From the NCBI GenBank assembly GCA_964501905.1, contig CAZCTW010000002.1, positions 195,821 to 259,820 on the forward strand: a stretch of DNA of 64,000 bases. Reading direction: 5' to 3'. The notes under the pieces were generated by a model that was given only the letters and a program-made list of their open reading frames with translations, was not told the DNA's origin and did not search any database. Made by a program: the position numbers and the translations under genes. This DNA is from an uncultured Thermofilaceae archaeon (GTDB lineage Archaea > Thermoproteota > Thermoprotei > Thermofilales > B69-G16). Positions 18,627 through 28,309 of this stretch are shown in pieces (positions within the stretch are counted from its first letter, which is position 1; every line of letters begins with the position of its first letter).

Positions 18627-19477
18627 AGTTTTTGGAGGCTTTTACACCGGGAGGAAAGTATGTTAGCGTGAGCATAACTGGGGCTAAGTGCGCGTTAAAG
18701 TGCAAATATTGCGAAGGGGTATATCTGAGAGTAATGCACCACGCATCTACCCCTCAAAAATTCTATTCTCTGGCGGAAAAGCTTTGGCGACGCGGGGCTA
18801 AGGGATTGCTTGTAAGCGGGGGATTTGATAAAAATGGTCGACTACCTATAGATTCATTCCTCCCAGTTATTAAGAAGGTGAAAGAGGATTTTGATTTCGT
18901 AATAAGTGTACATTCTGGGCTTGTCGATAGAAAAGTTATAATTGAAATGAGGAAAGCCGGCATTGACGTAGTCGATTACGAGCTGATAGTAGACGATTTC
19001 GTGATAAAAAATGTTATGAATCTCGAAAAACGCTCAAGTCTGGATTTTCTAGAAACGCTCAAGATCCTACATGAGGAAGGACCTCCCTATATAGCCGTTC
19101 ACATCCCCATAGGCCTGAACTACGGCATTGTGAAAAGCGAATACGAAGCTTTGGAGAAACTGCTAGAATTCGACCCTTATATAATAGTCTTCCTGGTACT
19201 TATGCCGACTAGAGGAACCCCTATGGAGAATGTCAAGCCACCGAGCATAGAAGAAGTTGTAAAATTAATTGAATATGCTAGATCTCTCTACAGCGGGGAG
19301 ATAGTATTAGGGTGTATGAGACCTCCTTCTTATAAGTTCACACTAGATAAGGTTTTAATCGAGGAGAATATTGTAGACCGAATTGCACTACCAGCTTGGA
19401 GTATTTTAGAAAAGTTCAATTTAAAAATCGTAAACGCCTGTTGCTCCCTACCGAGAAAGTTACTTAGCCGTTTTTAA
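18623..19477 (+). CDS. radical SAM protein, biotin-synthase-like (second LipS-type subunit candidate)
   Basis: CxxxCxxC in AKCALKCKYCEG. Translationally coupled to the preceding rSAM gene. Confidence 0.7.
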   Translation: MKFLEAFTPGGKYVSVSITGAKCALKCKYCEGVYLRVMHHASTPQKFYSLAEKLWRRGAKGLLVSGGFDKNGRLPIDSFLPVIKKVKEDFDFVISVHSGLVDRKVIIEMRKAGIDVVDYELIVDDFVIKNVMNLEKRSSLDFLETLKILHEEGPPYIAVHIPIGLNYGIVKSEYEALEKLLEFDPYIIVFLVLMPTRGTPMENVKPPSIEEVVKLIEYARSLYSGEIVLGCMRPPSYKFTLDKVLIEENIVDRIALPAWSILEKFNLKIVNACCSLPRKLLSRF

Positions 19478-21961
19478 AATCGGCTGACTCACCAGCTCTA
19501 TACGCGCACCCTCTTTCCCATGCTTAAGCTCGTATATGAGCGCCGCTGGCTCATCTTGAACTATCTTTCTAAAACTCTCATCTTGGGTAGCTACTATTAT
19601 TTGGTCTATACCCTCTATTTTAGCTAGCATCTTTATCATAGCTTTTCTACATTCATAGTCTATACTGGGCGTGGGCTCGTCGAGTATTACGAACGAAACG
19701 TTATGGGGAGATAGTTTAAATAATGCAGTTAGTAGCGATAAAACCACAATTCTCTTCTGTCCATCGCTCATCTTTTTGAGAGCTGGTATCCACTTTCCAT
19801 CGCGGGTCCTCTTCGCTAGTATTTCATACATGCTCCTCTCATACTCTTTCCCCTCTCGCCTAAACTTCACATTTCTAATCTCGATAGTAAGCTCTGAGAA
19901 ATCTGGGTGTACGTACATCTGCTGGAAGACTTCATTCATTTTCTCTACTATCTTCTCGACAACTATCCTCCTTATAGAGGATTGTATTTCTCTAAACGCC
20001 GCCTTAACTTCTACGAGCTCCTCTCTTAATTTCGCGAGTTTAGCCGCTTTCTTCTCTAGCCTGATTTTCTTACTCGTTAACTCCCGCACATAAGCCAGCT
20101 TCTCCTTTAAGTCTTCCACCTCTATGCTCAGCTTCTTCAGTTGCGAAGATATACTGTTGAATTCATTGAGCGCAGCATAATATTTTTCCTCGATCAAGTT
20201 GTAGTAGTCTCTATCGAAATTAAGTTTAGCCATTTCTTTCAATATTTTTCCTAATTCGCGTTTTTTAGCCTCTAGCTCCTCCCTCAACTCCGCTAATTCC
20301 CTAACTCTAGCTAGCTTCAAAACTGTAGAGGAGCTTGAAGAAATCAGACTGTTAACTTTGTTAATTCTGAAGCTTATGTCGCTGACGAGCTCTTCCAACT
20401 CTTCAATGTTACTTGAGACTTCTTCGAATTCTCTAGTGAACCTCAATTTTTCTCTCTCAATTTCCCTCTTTTCAATAAGCTTCTCCTCTAACTCGCAGAG
20501 CCTAGAGTAAACCTTTCTAAGATTTTCGAGATACCTAAGAACCTTCTCTTTCTTAAGAACAATCTCTTCCTCCTCTAGAGAAGACAATCTCTCTTCTATT
20601 CTCCTAACCGCCTTTTCGTCTATCTCTGAGCCGCAGACAGGGCACGAGGCTTCTCCATCCTTTAAATAGGTGCTCACAACGTACTTCCCTAAGTTGCTTA
20701 CACAGGCGTTTACTTCGATGAGCTTGTCTATCTTTCCGAGCTCTATCTCAAGTTCTTCTATTTTCTTATGCACTTCCCCCCTAGAGCCATATTTCTCGAC
20801 TAGGGATCTAAAAGTATTATAGTCTTTCTCGAGAACATGGAGCTTAGCTTCCAAATCGGCTAGCTTACGTTTTAAAGTATTATAGCGGTTGCGCTCCGAC
20901 GCCAGCTGGTAGTTTACATCTAGCATTTCTTCATTCATGGTATCTAGGGACGCTTCAAGTTTCCTTAACTTCTCTCTAAAAACTTTAAGCATAGAATCTA
21001 GATTATTTCCCGTAAATTTGAGCTTCTCAACTTCTTCGACATCCTTATAAGCCATAGCTTCCTTGAGCGCGCTTATTATCGAAGATCGTACTTTTTCAAT
21101 TAATACTTCTAAGTTTTCCTCCGGTACTTCCCTCTCCAGAAACTTTAACCTCTTTTTTAACTGCGCCACTTCGGCCCTGAGTTGTATCTCCTTCTCTCTA
21201 AGCTTCTCGTACTTCTTTTCTTTTTCTCTTAAACTCCTAAGCTCTTCCCTATACTTAGACAACAAATTCTCCTTTTCTTTAAGTTCTTCTTCAAGGTTAA
21301 AAAGCGCCCTTCTCTTCTCTTCAAGAACCTTCTCAATATCTTCTATGGCGCCTTCTTTTTCTAAACGTATATTAATAACGTCGATTTCATTCTCTACCCT
21401 GGAAAGCTCATCCTCCACTATTTTCAACGGTATACCTCTGAAGATTTTCTCGAGAGTCTCGATTCCCAGTAACCTATCGAAGGCCTCGCTCCTCTGCATA
21501 TCGGTGCCGTAGATTATATCCTCTATCTCCCTGTGCCTAAGTGCTATCTGTCTAGCATAGCTGTCTAAGCTAACTCCGAGTAGCTGCTCTATTTTAGCGT
21601 CTACTCTACTCCATTCTTCCTCCACTACCTCTCCATCCATTTTTAAAAAAGCTTCAACTCTCCCCGCTCTATCTCGCGCCCTGTATACTTCGTACCTCGC
21701 CCCCTTTTCGTCTTTTAAGACGAGCTTAACACTCAAACCATTGGAGAAATCGTTGATTAAATCCTCTACTTTAAGCTCTCTCCGAACTTTTACCGAGTAT
21801 AGAATACCGTACAACGCGTACTCTATAGCTTCTAAAATCGAAGTCTTGCCCGTGCCTATAGGCCCTAATATTACCACTATAGGCGCGTCTAGGTTTAAGC
21901 TGCACTGCTCGCTAAAAGCCTTAAAACCCTCTACCTCTATCTTCTCAAGCCTGAACCTCAT
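19460..21961 (-). CDS. Rad50/SMC-like coiled-coil ATPase with zinc hook (arcadin-4-like by context)
   Basis: Walker A GPIGTGKTS, central hook CPVCGS within a long coiled coil, signature MSDGQKR, Walker B VILDEP. No Mre11, HerA or NurA neighbours. It lies in the crenactin cluster. ATG at 21961 is preferred to TTG at 21979. Confidence 0.85.
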   Translation of the reverse strand: MRFRLEKIEVEGFKAFSEQCSLNLDAPIVVILGPIGTGKTSILEAIEYALYGILYSVKVRRELKVEDLINDFSNGLSVKLVLKDEKGARYEVYRARDRAGRVEAFLKMDGEVVEEEWSRVDAKIEQLLGVSLDSYARQIALRHREIEDIIYGTDMQRSEAFDRLLGIETLEKIFRGIPLKIVEDELSRVENEIDVINIRLEKEGAIEDIEKVLEEKRRALFNLEEELKEKENLLSKYREELRSLREKEKKYEKLREKEIQLRAEVAQLKKRLKFLEREVPEENLEVLIEKVRSSIISALKEAMAYKDVEEVEKLKFTGNNLDSMLKVFREKLRKLEASLDTMNEEMLDVNYQLASERNRYNTLKRKLADLEAKLHVLEKDYNTFRSLVEKYGSRGEVHKKIEELEIELGKIDKLIEVNACVSNLGKYVVSTYLKDGEASCPVCGSEIDEKAVRRIEERLSSLEEEEIVLKKEKVLRYLENLRKVYSRLCELEEKLIEKREIEREKLRFTREFEEVSSNIEELEELVSDISFRINKVNSLISSSSSTVLKLARVRELAELREELEAKKRELGKILKEMAKLNFDRDYYNLIEEKYYAALNEFNSISSQLKKLSIEVEDLKEKLAYVRELTSKKIRLEKKAAKLAKLREELVEVKAAFREIQSSIRRIVVEKIVEKMNEVFQQMYVHPDFSELTIEIRNVKFRREGKEYERSMYEILAKRTRDGKWIPALKKMSDGQKRIVVLSLLTALFKLSPHNVSFVILDEPTPSIDYECRKAMIKMLAKIEGIDQIIVATQDESFRKIVQDEPAALIYELKHGKEGARIELVSQPILKTAK

Positions 21962-22151
21962 TTTCCTCCTCGCTCTCAAATATTTTAGAAATCTCCCGCC
22001 TAACTATCTTTTCTAGCCCCTTCTTCCCTGAGATTAGGTATTCTTTAAACATGTTCTTGGCTAAGGATGCCTTCCTTTCCTCGCCTTTAAAACGCTCATC
22101 CAACATTTCTAAAACTAACTCAAAAACGTTCTTGTTTCTTTCAGCCTTCAT
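21945..22151 (-). CDS. small charged protein in the crenactin cluster
   Basis: 68-75 aa ORF. The ATG at 22151 overlaps the stop of the upstream gene, and its own stop overlaps the Rad50-like start. Confidence 0.5.
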   Translation of the reverse strand: MKAERNKNVFELVLEMLDERFKGEERKASLAKNMFKEYLISGKKGLEKIVRREISKIFESEEENEVQA

Positions 22152-22881
22152 GTTCCCTACCCCTCTTAACAAGTATTGAGACCCACGGGTTATCGCTTAT
22201 AAAGTCGGGTAAACCTTCAACCCCCTCGACGGGCGCCTCTTCTACAATCTCTAAAGCCCTAGCTTCCACGGCCTCTACCCTTTCCAAACGCTTCAACGCA
22301 TCCACCTCTCGCTTTAACGTATTTAAATCCCTATATACTAGACCTAGCCTCTCCTCCAACTTAGAGATTTCCCTTTTAAGCTCAGTTACCTCTTTCTCGA
22401 GTCTGAGCGAAAGTTCGGATAGCTCCAGAGAAAAACGTTGAAACTCTTCTCTTAACGTATCGTCGAAAACAATTTTCAGTTTTCTAAAAGCTCTCGCAGG
22501 GAGAACCTCCTCTACCCTGTCCTCGCAGATTTTTACTATCCCGACACCCGCGCTTTCGAAAATCTCCAGCGGAATTTTAAGCAGACCTACTTCTTCAGGT
22601 ATAGCAATATAGGCCTTATCCACGTAGTCTTTCAGCTTCAAGATATTTACTACAAGTATCTCCAGCTCCCTTCTTATTCGCGGCGCTAACTTCTCGCTCG
22701 ACATATAGGTTTTTACAGCCACTAAGTTATTTCCGTCTCTCAAAAATAAATCAAAAAAATCTTTCACATTATCCTCGAGCTTTAGTTCTTCAGGAAGAAG
22801 AAGCTCAACTCCCCTACTCAGAAAGTATTCCTTCAGTCTAGATACCATCACCTCTCTAGTTACCATTACCTTATCGCCCAA
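22141..22881 (-). CDS. alpha/beta domain plus coiled-coil protein (arcadin-like, possibly arcadin-2 analogue)
   Basis: Sits 3 nt downstream of crenactin. Has an N-terminal globular domain, about 80 aa of coiled coil (LSELSLRLEKEVTELKREISKLEERL...), and a short hydrophobic C-terminal tail (GLPDFISDNPWVSILV). Confidence 0.55.
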   Translation of the reverse strand: MGDKVMVTREVMVSRLKEYFLSRGVELLLPEELKLEDNVKDFFDLFLRDGNNLVAVKTYMSSEKLAPRIRRELEILVVNILKLKDYVDKAYIAIPEEVGLLKIPLEIFESAGVGIVKICEDRVEEVLPARAFRKLKIVFDDTLREEFQRFSLELSELSLRLEKEVTELKREISKLEERLGLVYRDLNTLKREVDALKRLERVEAVEARALEIVEEAPVEGVEGLPDFISDNPWVSILVKRGREHEG

Positions 22882-22884
22882 ATA

Positions 22885-24153
22885 TCAGTGTAGCACGTAC
22901 CAACCCTCAAGCTTATCCCAAGACCACGTATAATCGTCGGGCACTGCTAAGCTGTATACTATAGCTCCTTTCCATACAGAATACTCGGGATCTTTCGTAA
23001 GCTCCACCTGGGCATTAACCCCTTGTTCTGAGAGTTGCATTGCCACTTTTTCGGCCGCATTGCAAGCCACATCTTCAAAGCCTTGAGGTACCCGCCAGGC
23101 GAAATTCCCGCCGCTTAAAATTATCTTCTTGTAGAGGTGCGGCTGCAGCTCTAAGGGGGTTTTGCTGGCGGATTTAACTATAGCCTCACTTATGCTTATG
23201 GTCCCCGATATCTTCTCGTCGCCTATTATAGTGTCGCGGGGTCTAGGCATTCCACGCCTATAATAGCTCTCAAATATCTCGTGCTCCGGGTTAAATACTA
23301 TTTCTCCGATTAAAAACCTCATCCAGGAATTCTCCCCTAGATCTATCGTAATCGTAGTTCCCGGTATTTTTAAAACAGCCCTGAACCTTTCCTTATCCTC
23401 CTTAGCTACTTTTATCGCTTTATCTAAGTCGCGGGGCACTAAGCCCAGTTTCTCCTTAACCATTCTAACTAAAGTTTCCTCGGGTACTAGGTCTCCGTAA
23501 CCGCTATCCTTTAAGATTTCAGCTGTGATAGCATTAGCCTCAGCTCCACCCCTGTTAAGTGAAATAATCCCTCCTCTAATTGGATACCTTGAGATTGGAG
23601 TTATCTGCGTGTTCCCATGTCCTGATTCGACAACTATGCACGTTATCGTTTTCTGAGCTATAGCGACTGCGAGGGGTTGGGGGATTATAGTTACTGCCTT
23701 TATAACTCCGTACTCCTCATCTATCCTCTCATGCACCTCGAATATCTTCTCGTACATATACTTCGGAGCTATAGCTGAGAGAGCAGCTGTCACGTAGAAG
23801 CCGCGGAACTGCGGATCGCCTTTAGGAGCAAACTTCAACAATCCATACTTAGTAATTTCATAAACTATATCCCAAGCCACTCTATCGTCTTTCTCGACTA
23901 CACCGTCCTTCATGGGATACACGAGGTATTTTGCCATATCTTCTCTAGAGCCCAGGTACTGAGCTACTTCAGGACCCACTATGACTTTTTTAGTTATGCC
24001 CGCTATCTTGTAGATTATCGAATCCTCGCTTATGATAAAGCCTCTATTCTCTATAACCTCTGGTTTTTCCGCGAGAGGCCCGAATTTGTACTGGCTCGTC
24101 CCGTAATCCTCCGCAAATGCGTACTTTCTTCTATAAGGCTCTATCGTAGCCAC
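22885..24153 (-). CDS. crenactin (archaeal actin homologue)
   Basis: Close match to my memory of Pyrobaculum crenactin: IIPQPLAVAIA, VESGHGNTQ, LNRGGAEANAITAEILKD, FLIGEIVFNPEHE, ILSGGNFAWRVPQGFEDVA, PEYSVWKGAIVY. Confidence 0.9.
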   Translation of the reverse strand: MATIEPYRRKYAFAEDYGTSQYKFGPLAEKPEVIENRGFIISEDSIIYKIAGITKKVIVGPEVAQYLGSREDMAKYLVYPMKDGVVEKDDRVAWDIVYEITKYGLLKFAPKGDPQFRGFYVTAALSAIAPKYMYEKIFEVHERIDEEYGVIKAVTIIPQPLAVAIAQKTITCIVVESGHGNTQITPISRYPIRGGIISLNRGGAEANAITAEILKDSGYGDLVPEETLVRMVKEKLGLVPRDLDKAIKVAKEDKERFRAVLKIPGTTITIDLGENSWMRFLIGEIVFNPEHEIFESYYRRGMPRPRDTIIGDEKISGTISISEAIVKSASKTPLELQPHLYKKIILSGGNFAWRVPQGFEDVACNAAEKVAMQLSEQGVNAQVELTKDPEYSVWKGAIVYSLAVPDDYTWSWDKLEGWYVLH

Positions 24154-24227
24154 TTTCCCACCTTTTATCTATTTAAGTAAGGTAGGTTCTATATTTAATT
24201 GATACCATGAGGCCCAGGTGAAAACTG

Positions 24228-24599
24228 ATGGTAGAGTCTTTTATACCAATAGCTTTTTACTACGAAGATAATGAAATAGCTCGAGGACATCTGAGGAGGA
24301 GTATCGCCCCGCTAACTATAACTAAAATACTCGATATGATGCCGATACAAGGCCGCTTATTCTTCCTCGGAAACGTGGCCTACGTGATATTAGATGTACT
24401 TTTTCCGCCCGAAAACTCGGTGAAAGAGCTGGACGAGGGAGATATATTTTATTGGCCTTTAGGCAAGGGTTTCGGGGTATCGCTTAAAAAACACACCTTC
24501 AGGTACAAGGTAAACCTACTCGGCAAAGTAACAGAAGGCTTAGAGAAAATAGCCAAGCTCAAAAAAGGATCCCTTATAGAAATATCTAAACCTAAGTAG
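24228..24599 (+). CDS. hypothetical protein (possibly a cyclophilin-like-fold family)
   Basis: 123-aa ORF. The family assignment is only a weak impression. Confidence 0.5.
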   Translation: MVESFIPIAFYYEDNEIARGHLRRSIAPLTITKILDMMPIQGRLFFLGNVAYVILDVLFPPENSVKELDEGDIFYWPLGKGFGVSLKKHTFRYKVNLLGKVTEGLEKIAKLKKGSLIEISKPK

Positions 24600-24690
24600 G
24601 ATTATTCCAAATATTTTTGTAAAGGCGTCAGCTACTAGAGCACCGGTGTTAAGATCTCACAACTAAGGGAGTTTTATATAGGCCAGTAGA

Positions 24691-25056
24691 GTGAGTATCT
24701 GGGTTGAGAGCTTGGAAGAAAAATGTATACCTATCCAAGTGGCTCAGTTCGAAGATTTGGTGAGATTCGCAACCTCCATGAGGACGTTCGGACAGAACAG
24801 CTATATACTCTACTTCGAGCATAACGGTAAACACGTGTATGGGATATTTGTAGTGTTCAGGGATTATTATAAGTACTACGGGCTACCCCTCTTCTACTAT
24901 ACTATAAGGAAGGAACCTCCCGAAAAGCCCTATCTACTAGTTAAGATAGACGAAAGAGGAGAAAACATAGAGTTTTCAGAGGGTATAAAATCGGGGTGGA
25001 TACCGGTGCCAATCATATCTCTAAAGGAGAAGCCAGACATTATCCACCTGGCTTAA
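24691..25056 (+). CDS. hypothetical protein
   Basis: 121-aa ORF with no motif. Confidence 0.5.
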   Translation: MSIWVESLEEKCIPIQVAQFEDLVRFATSMRTFGQNSYILYFEHNGKHVYGIFVVFRDYYKYYGLPLFYYTIRKEPPEKPYLLVKIDERGENIEFSEGIKSGWIPVPIISLKEKPDIIHLA

Positions 25057-25224
25057 CATAACGGTTTAGAATTAAGTCATTATTTCACTAAAGCGATTTC
25101 GTCTTTACCTATAGATCCTAGAAACATTTTAAGGCGTAGAAGAGAAAAAGCAACACTCTCGACTATGCTGGATTAGGCGAATTCGTTTATTTCTTACTTT
25201 AACGTGAACCTAAAATAGTAGAAA

Positions 25225-26271
25225 TTAAATTAGCCAGCTAAGCTCGTCGAAGAGAATAATCCCTAGAAGGTGCGCCATTAATATAGAAACTCCCTCATCA
25301 AGGGTCAATTTGCCATCGTCTACAATCGCTTTTTTAACAATCCATAGAGTCGAGGCTATGGCTAAAAACTGGTAGAGGACGTAGCCATCGAGATACACCG
25401 GTACTACGATGGCAAGCAGAGGGAAAACCAGCATTATGCTCTGAACTACGCCGGATATTAAATTGGAAACCCCTAACTCTACATGCCCTCTCCGCGCGCC
25501 TACTATAGCTAAGCCGTGCTCAGGAATGCTGCCGGCGAACGCTATCAGGGTAGCCGCTATAACCATGTGAAGGTCTAGCTCGTGAACTAAGTATTCCGAG
25601 GCTCCCGATATAAGCTCGGCGCTTAAAAGTATGCCGAGTAGCCCTAGGAGCAAAGACTTAATCCATTTCCTGTCCTTTACACTCTTAGCTTTTACTGCCT
25701 TCTTAGAACCTCTAGACATAAAGTATAGGTAGCTTAGATAAGATATCAGGAGGAATACAGGTACTTCGCCGGGAAGGTATGGTTTCCCATCAAATATGTT
25801 TAGTATTAAACCTGTGCCTAAAAATATAGTGCTGAAGGCTATAGTTATCCTCATCACCTCCACGTCCTGCTCTAAGGCCTCTCTAGGCACTTCAATACTA
25901 CCTCCTTTATACGTTAACATCACGACCAGTACGCCTAATAAAAGACCATTAAACGCCGACGCCAGCATCACCGTCAAGATGGCTACCTCCCTTAGGTGCG
26001 GAGAAAAAACCATGAATAAGGCGAGGATAGCCTCAGGTAGGTTAGACGCCAAGCTAGACACTACTCCAGTCGTGTACTCCGATAAACCCGTATACAGGCT
26101 AAAACCTTTAAACCCTTCAACAACGGTCTCGCTGGCCAGGAGCACAAGGAGAAAACCCGTGGAGAGAGCGATAATCGAGGAGATAAAATCCCCCTGCCCG
26201 AACAACGCTAACACGATCCCTGCAGCCGTTAATAGTATTATGCCGGCAAACCTCTTCATAAGCCTATACAA
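25225..26271 (-). CDS. CaCA-family cation/Ca2+ exchanger
   Basis: Polytopic protein with two alpha-repeat signatures, SLASNLPEA and AGSIPEHG. Confidence 0.75.
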   Translation of the reverse strand: MYRLMKRFAGIILLTAAGIVLALFGQGDFISSIIALSTGFLLVLLASETVVEGFKGFSLYTGLSEYTTGVVSSLASNLPEAILALFMVFSPHLREVAILTVMLASAFNGLLLGVLVVMLTYKGGSIEVPREALEQDVEVMRITIAFSTIFLGTGLILNIFDGKPYLPGEVPVFLLISYLSYLYFMSRGSKKAVKAKSVKDRKWIKSLLLGLLGILLSAELISGASEYLVHELDLHMVIAATLIAFAGSIPEHGLAIVGARRGHVELGVSNLISGVVQSIMLVFPLLAIVVPVYLDGYVLYQFLAIASTLWIVKKAIVDDGKLTLDEGVSILMAHLLGIILFDELSWLI

Positions 26272-26401
26272 ACAAAGGAAGAATATTAAGTTTCAGAACG
26301 GCAAATTAACACGCGTCAGCTTGTTGAGAAAAGCTGAGGAGAAAAAATTGAAAATAGGCGAAATAGCGACTAAACTTAAACGGTTTGAACAAAAACTAAA
26401 T

Positions 26402-26701
26402 TTAAGGTACTTTAAGACCCGTTAACTCTTCGATTTCTTTCTTTCCAGCTTTAAGCTCATCCACTTGTCCAGGGTCAAGCGTTAGTAAGAGAGCTAGAAA
26501 CTCGCCGACGTGGGTTTTCTCTTCTTTAGCTATATCCTCGAACACTCTTCTTATTTTCTCGTCCTCTACCGCTCTAGCAAATTGAAGGTATAGGTTTATC
26601 GCATCTAACTCAGCTGCTATAGAATGTCTTAGCGCCTCCGCCAGCTCTTCCTTAGAAAACTTCTTGCCAACGGGTAGGTCAATAGGGTTTTTCGATAACA
26701 A
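26402..26701 (-). CDS. small ferritin-like/rubrerythrin-type four-helix protein (EncFtn-like)
   Basis: 99 aa with ELDAINLY...EDIAKEEKTHVGEF (E...ExxH di-iron type ligands). TTG start with GGAGGT 8 nt upstream. Confidence 0.6.
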   Translation of the reverse strand: MLSKNPIDLPVGKKFSKEELAEALRHSIAAELDAINLYLQFARAVEDEKIRRVFEDIAKEEKTHVGEFLALLLTLDPGQVDELKAGKKEIEELTGLKVP

Positions 26702-26995
26702 CTTTTAAACCTCCAAGAAATATAATGGGCACACATAATATATATATGATTATTCTGTCAAAGACATGGATAAGTCTATAAGCTCCGTGTTCTGCGGGCT
26801 TTCATCACGCTTTCAGCATGCCCGCCGAATTTCTTCATGGTTCAATTATAGTTACATAAGCCCGAATTTCTACTTTACGCTATAACACCGTAGACATTCG
26901 CGATTTCAAAGCCGGTGTGCGTTTTATGACAAAAATAGCTGGACAGAATTTTCTACTCGCTTACTAGCTACGGCTAAAATGAGAAAAAGGAATGT

Positions 26996-28309
26996 TTATT
27001 TCCCGATTATTTTCACCTTTTCAACGCGTATAGCCGGCGTGTATACGTTAAACATCTTTTCTACTTTCCTGCCTACACCAGAGATGCTCTTTAACATATC
27101 GTAGATGTTGGAGGATATCATGCATTCTCTAACAGGGAATCTCAACTCCCCCTTCTCGACGTAAAACGCCTGCTTCGCCACTCCTGAGACTACGCCATCT
27201 TGGAACCTCATATCTCCGGAGAACCTTCTAATATAAATTCCACGCTCTACGCCCTCTAGCAATTCCTCTTCGCTCATATCGCCCGGTGATACTAACGTAT
27301 TGGTTGGAGCCACGTCTAGGAGAGAAGCGGCGTTGCCCGTCGCTTCGATTCCGAGAATGTTGCCGACGTATGTATTCGAGATATAGCGTTTTAAAACTCC
27401 ATTTTCTATAACTACGGTTCTCCTCCTCGGAGAGCCTTCCTCGTCAAAGAGAGAAGAAGAAGTCCCGCCTTCAAGGATCCCATCATCGATAATCGTTAAG
27501 CCCTCACAGGCTATAGACTCGCCTATTTTACCTGCTAAGGGGCTACTGCCCTTCCACACGTTATCGGCTCTATAAGCCATCGATAGAGTGTAGAAAAACG
27601 ACTGGGCTACGTCTGGATCCATGATAAGCGCGCCCTCAAAACTCTCCACGGGTTTGGCTCCTAGCGATTCAACGGCGAGTTTTGCTGCTTTTCTACCCAT
27701 CGCGGCGAAATCGATTTCAAGCCTTCTGCCGGTCTCCATTGCAAAAGAAAAACTGCCTATTTCGCCGTGCTCTTTAGCTACCGCCAAAGTATAACCCCAT
27801 ATTAACGTCCCCCTCTCCTCCCCCATAAAGCCCTCCGACGTGACTAGAGAGCGTTCCGCGACAACCGCCTCGACCCGTCCCTCGGTAACCGAGACCCTCT
27901 CATCAAAGCCTCGAGCGGCTTCTACGGACTCCCACGCCATCTCGACCACATCGCTGGCTGAGAGAAAAGCTATCTTGTCGTCGTATAACCCCCCGACGCT
28001 GGGCAACGGCTTTGGCTCCGGCAACCCGCTCCAATACTCGTTCGGCTTCGATGCTTTAGCCATGTTCACGGCCGTCTCAACTATCCTCAATACCTCCTCT
28101 TTAGAAACTATGGTAGTCGACGCCGTGGCTAGACGCTTGTCCACCACTATCGTGGCTGCTATCCTCCTCTCCACTGTTTGATTCGCACGCTTAACCTCGT
28201 CGTTTCTAACCTCTGCTCGCAGTTTCCTAACGACCTTGTAACTGGCTAAAACTTCCTCAGCGCCTAGCCTTAAACCCTCCCTAAGGACTAGCTCGAGAAA
28301 CTCCATCAC
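26996..28309 (-). CDS. pmbA: PmbA/TldE family protein
   Basis: TldD/PmbA fold without the HExxxH motif. Overlaps the tldD stop by 4 nt. Confidence 0.85.
   Translation of the reverse strand: MMEFLELVLREGLRLGAEEVLASYKVVRKLRAEVRNDEVKRANQTVERRIAATIVVDKRLATASTTIVSKEEVLRIVETAVNMAKASKPNEYWSGLPEPKPLPSVGGLYDDKIAFLSASDVVEMAWESVEAARGFDERVSVTEGRVEAVVAERSLVTSEGFMGEERGTLIWGYTLAVAKEHGEIGSFSFAMETGRRLEIDFAAMGRKAAKLAVESLGAKPVESFEGALIMDPDVAQSFFYTLSMAYRADNVWKGSSPLAGKIGESIACEGLTIIDDGILEGGTSSSLFDEEGSPRRRTVVIENGVLKRYISNTYVGNILGIEATGNAASLLDVAPTNTLVSPGDMSEEELLEGVERGIYIRRFSGDMRFQDGVVSGVAKQAFYVEKGELRFPVRECMISSNIYDMLKSISGVGRKVEKMFNVYTPAIRVEKVKIIGK

Noticed and set aside
25796-26425. 209-aa plus-strand ORF.
   Set aside because: It is antisense to the CaCA exchanger gene. 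Its product is hydrophilic and low-complexity and has no motif.
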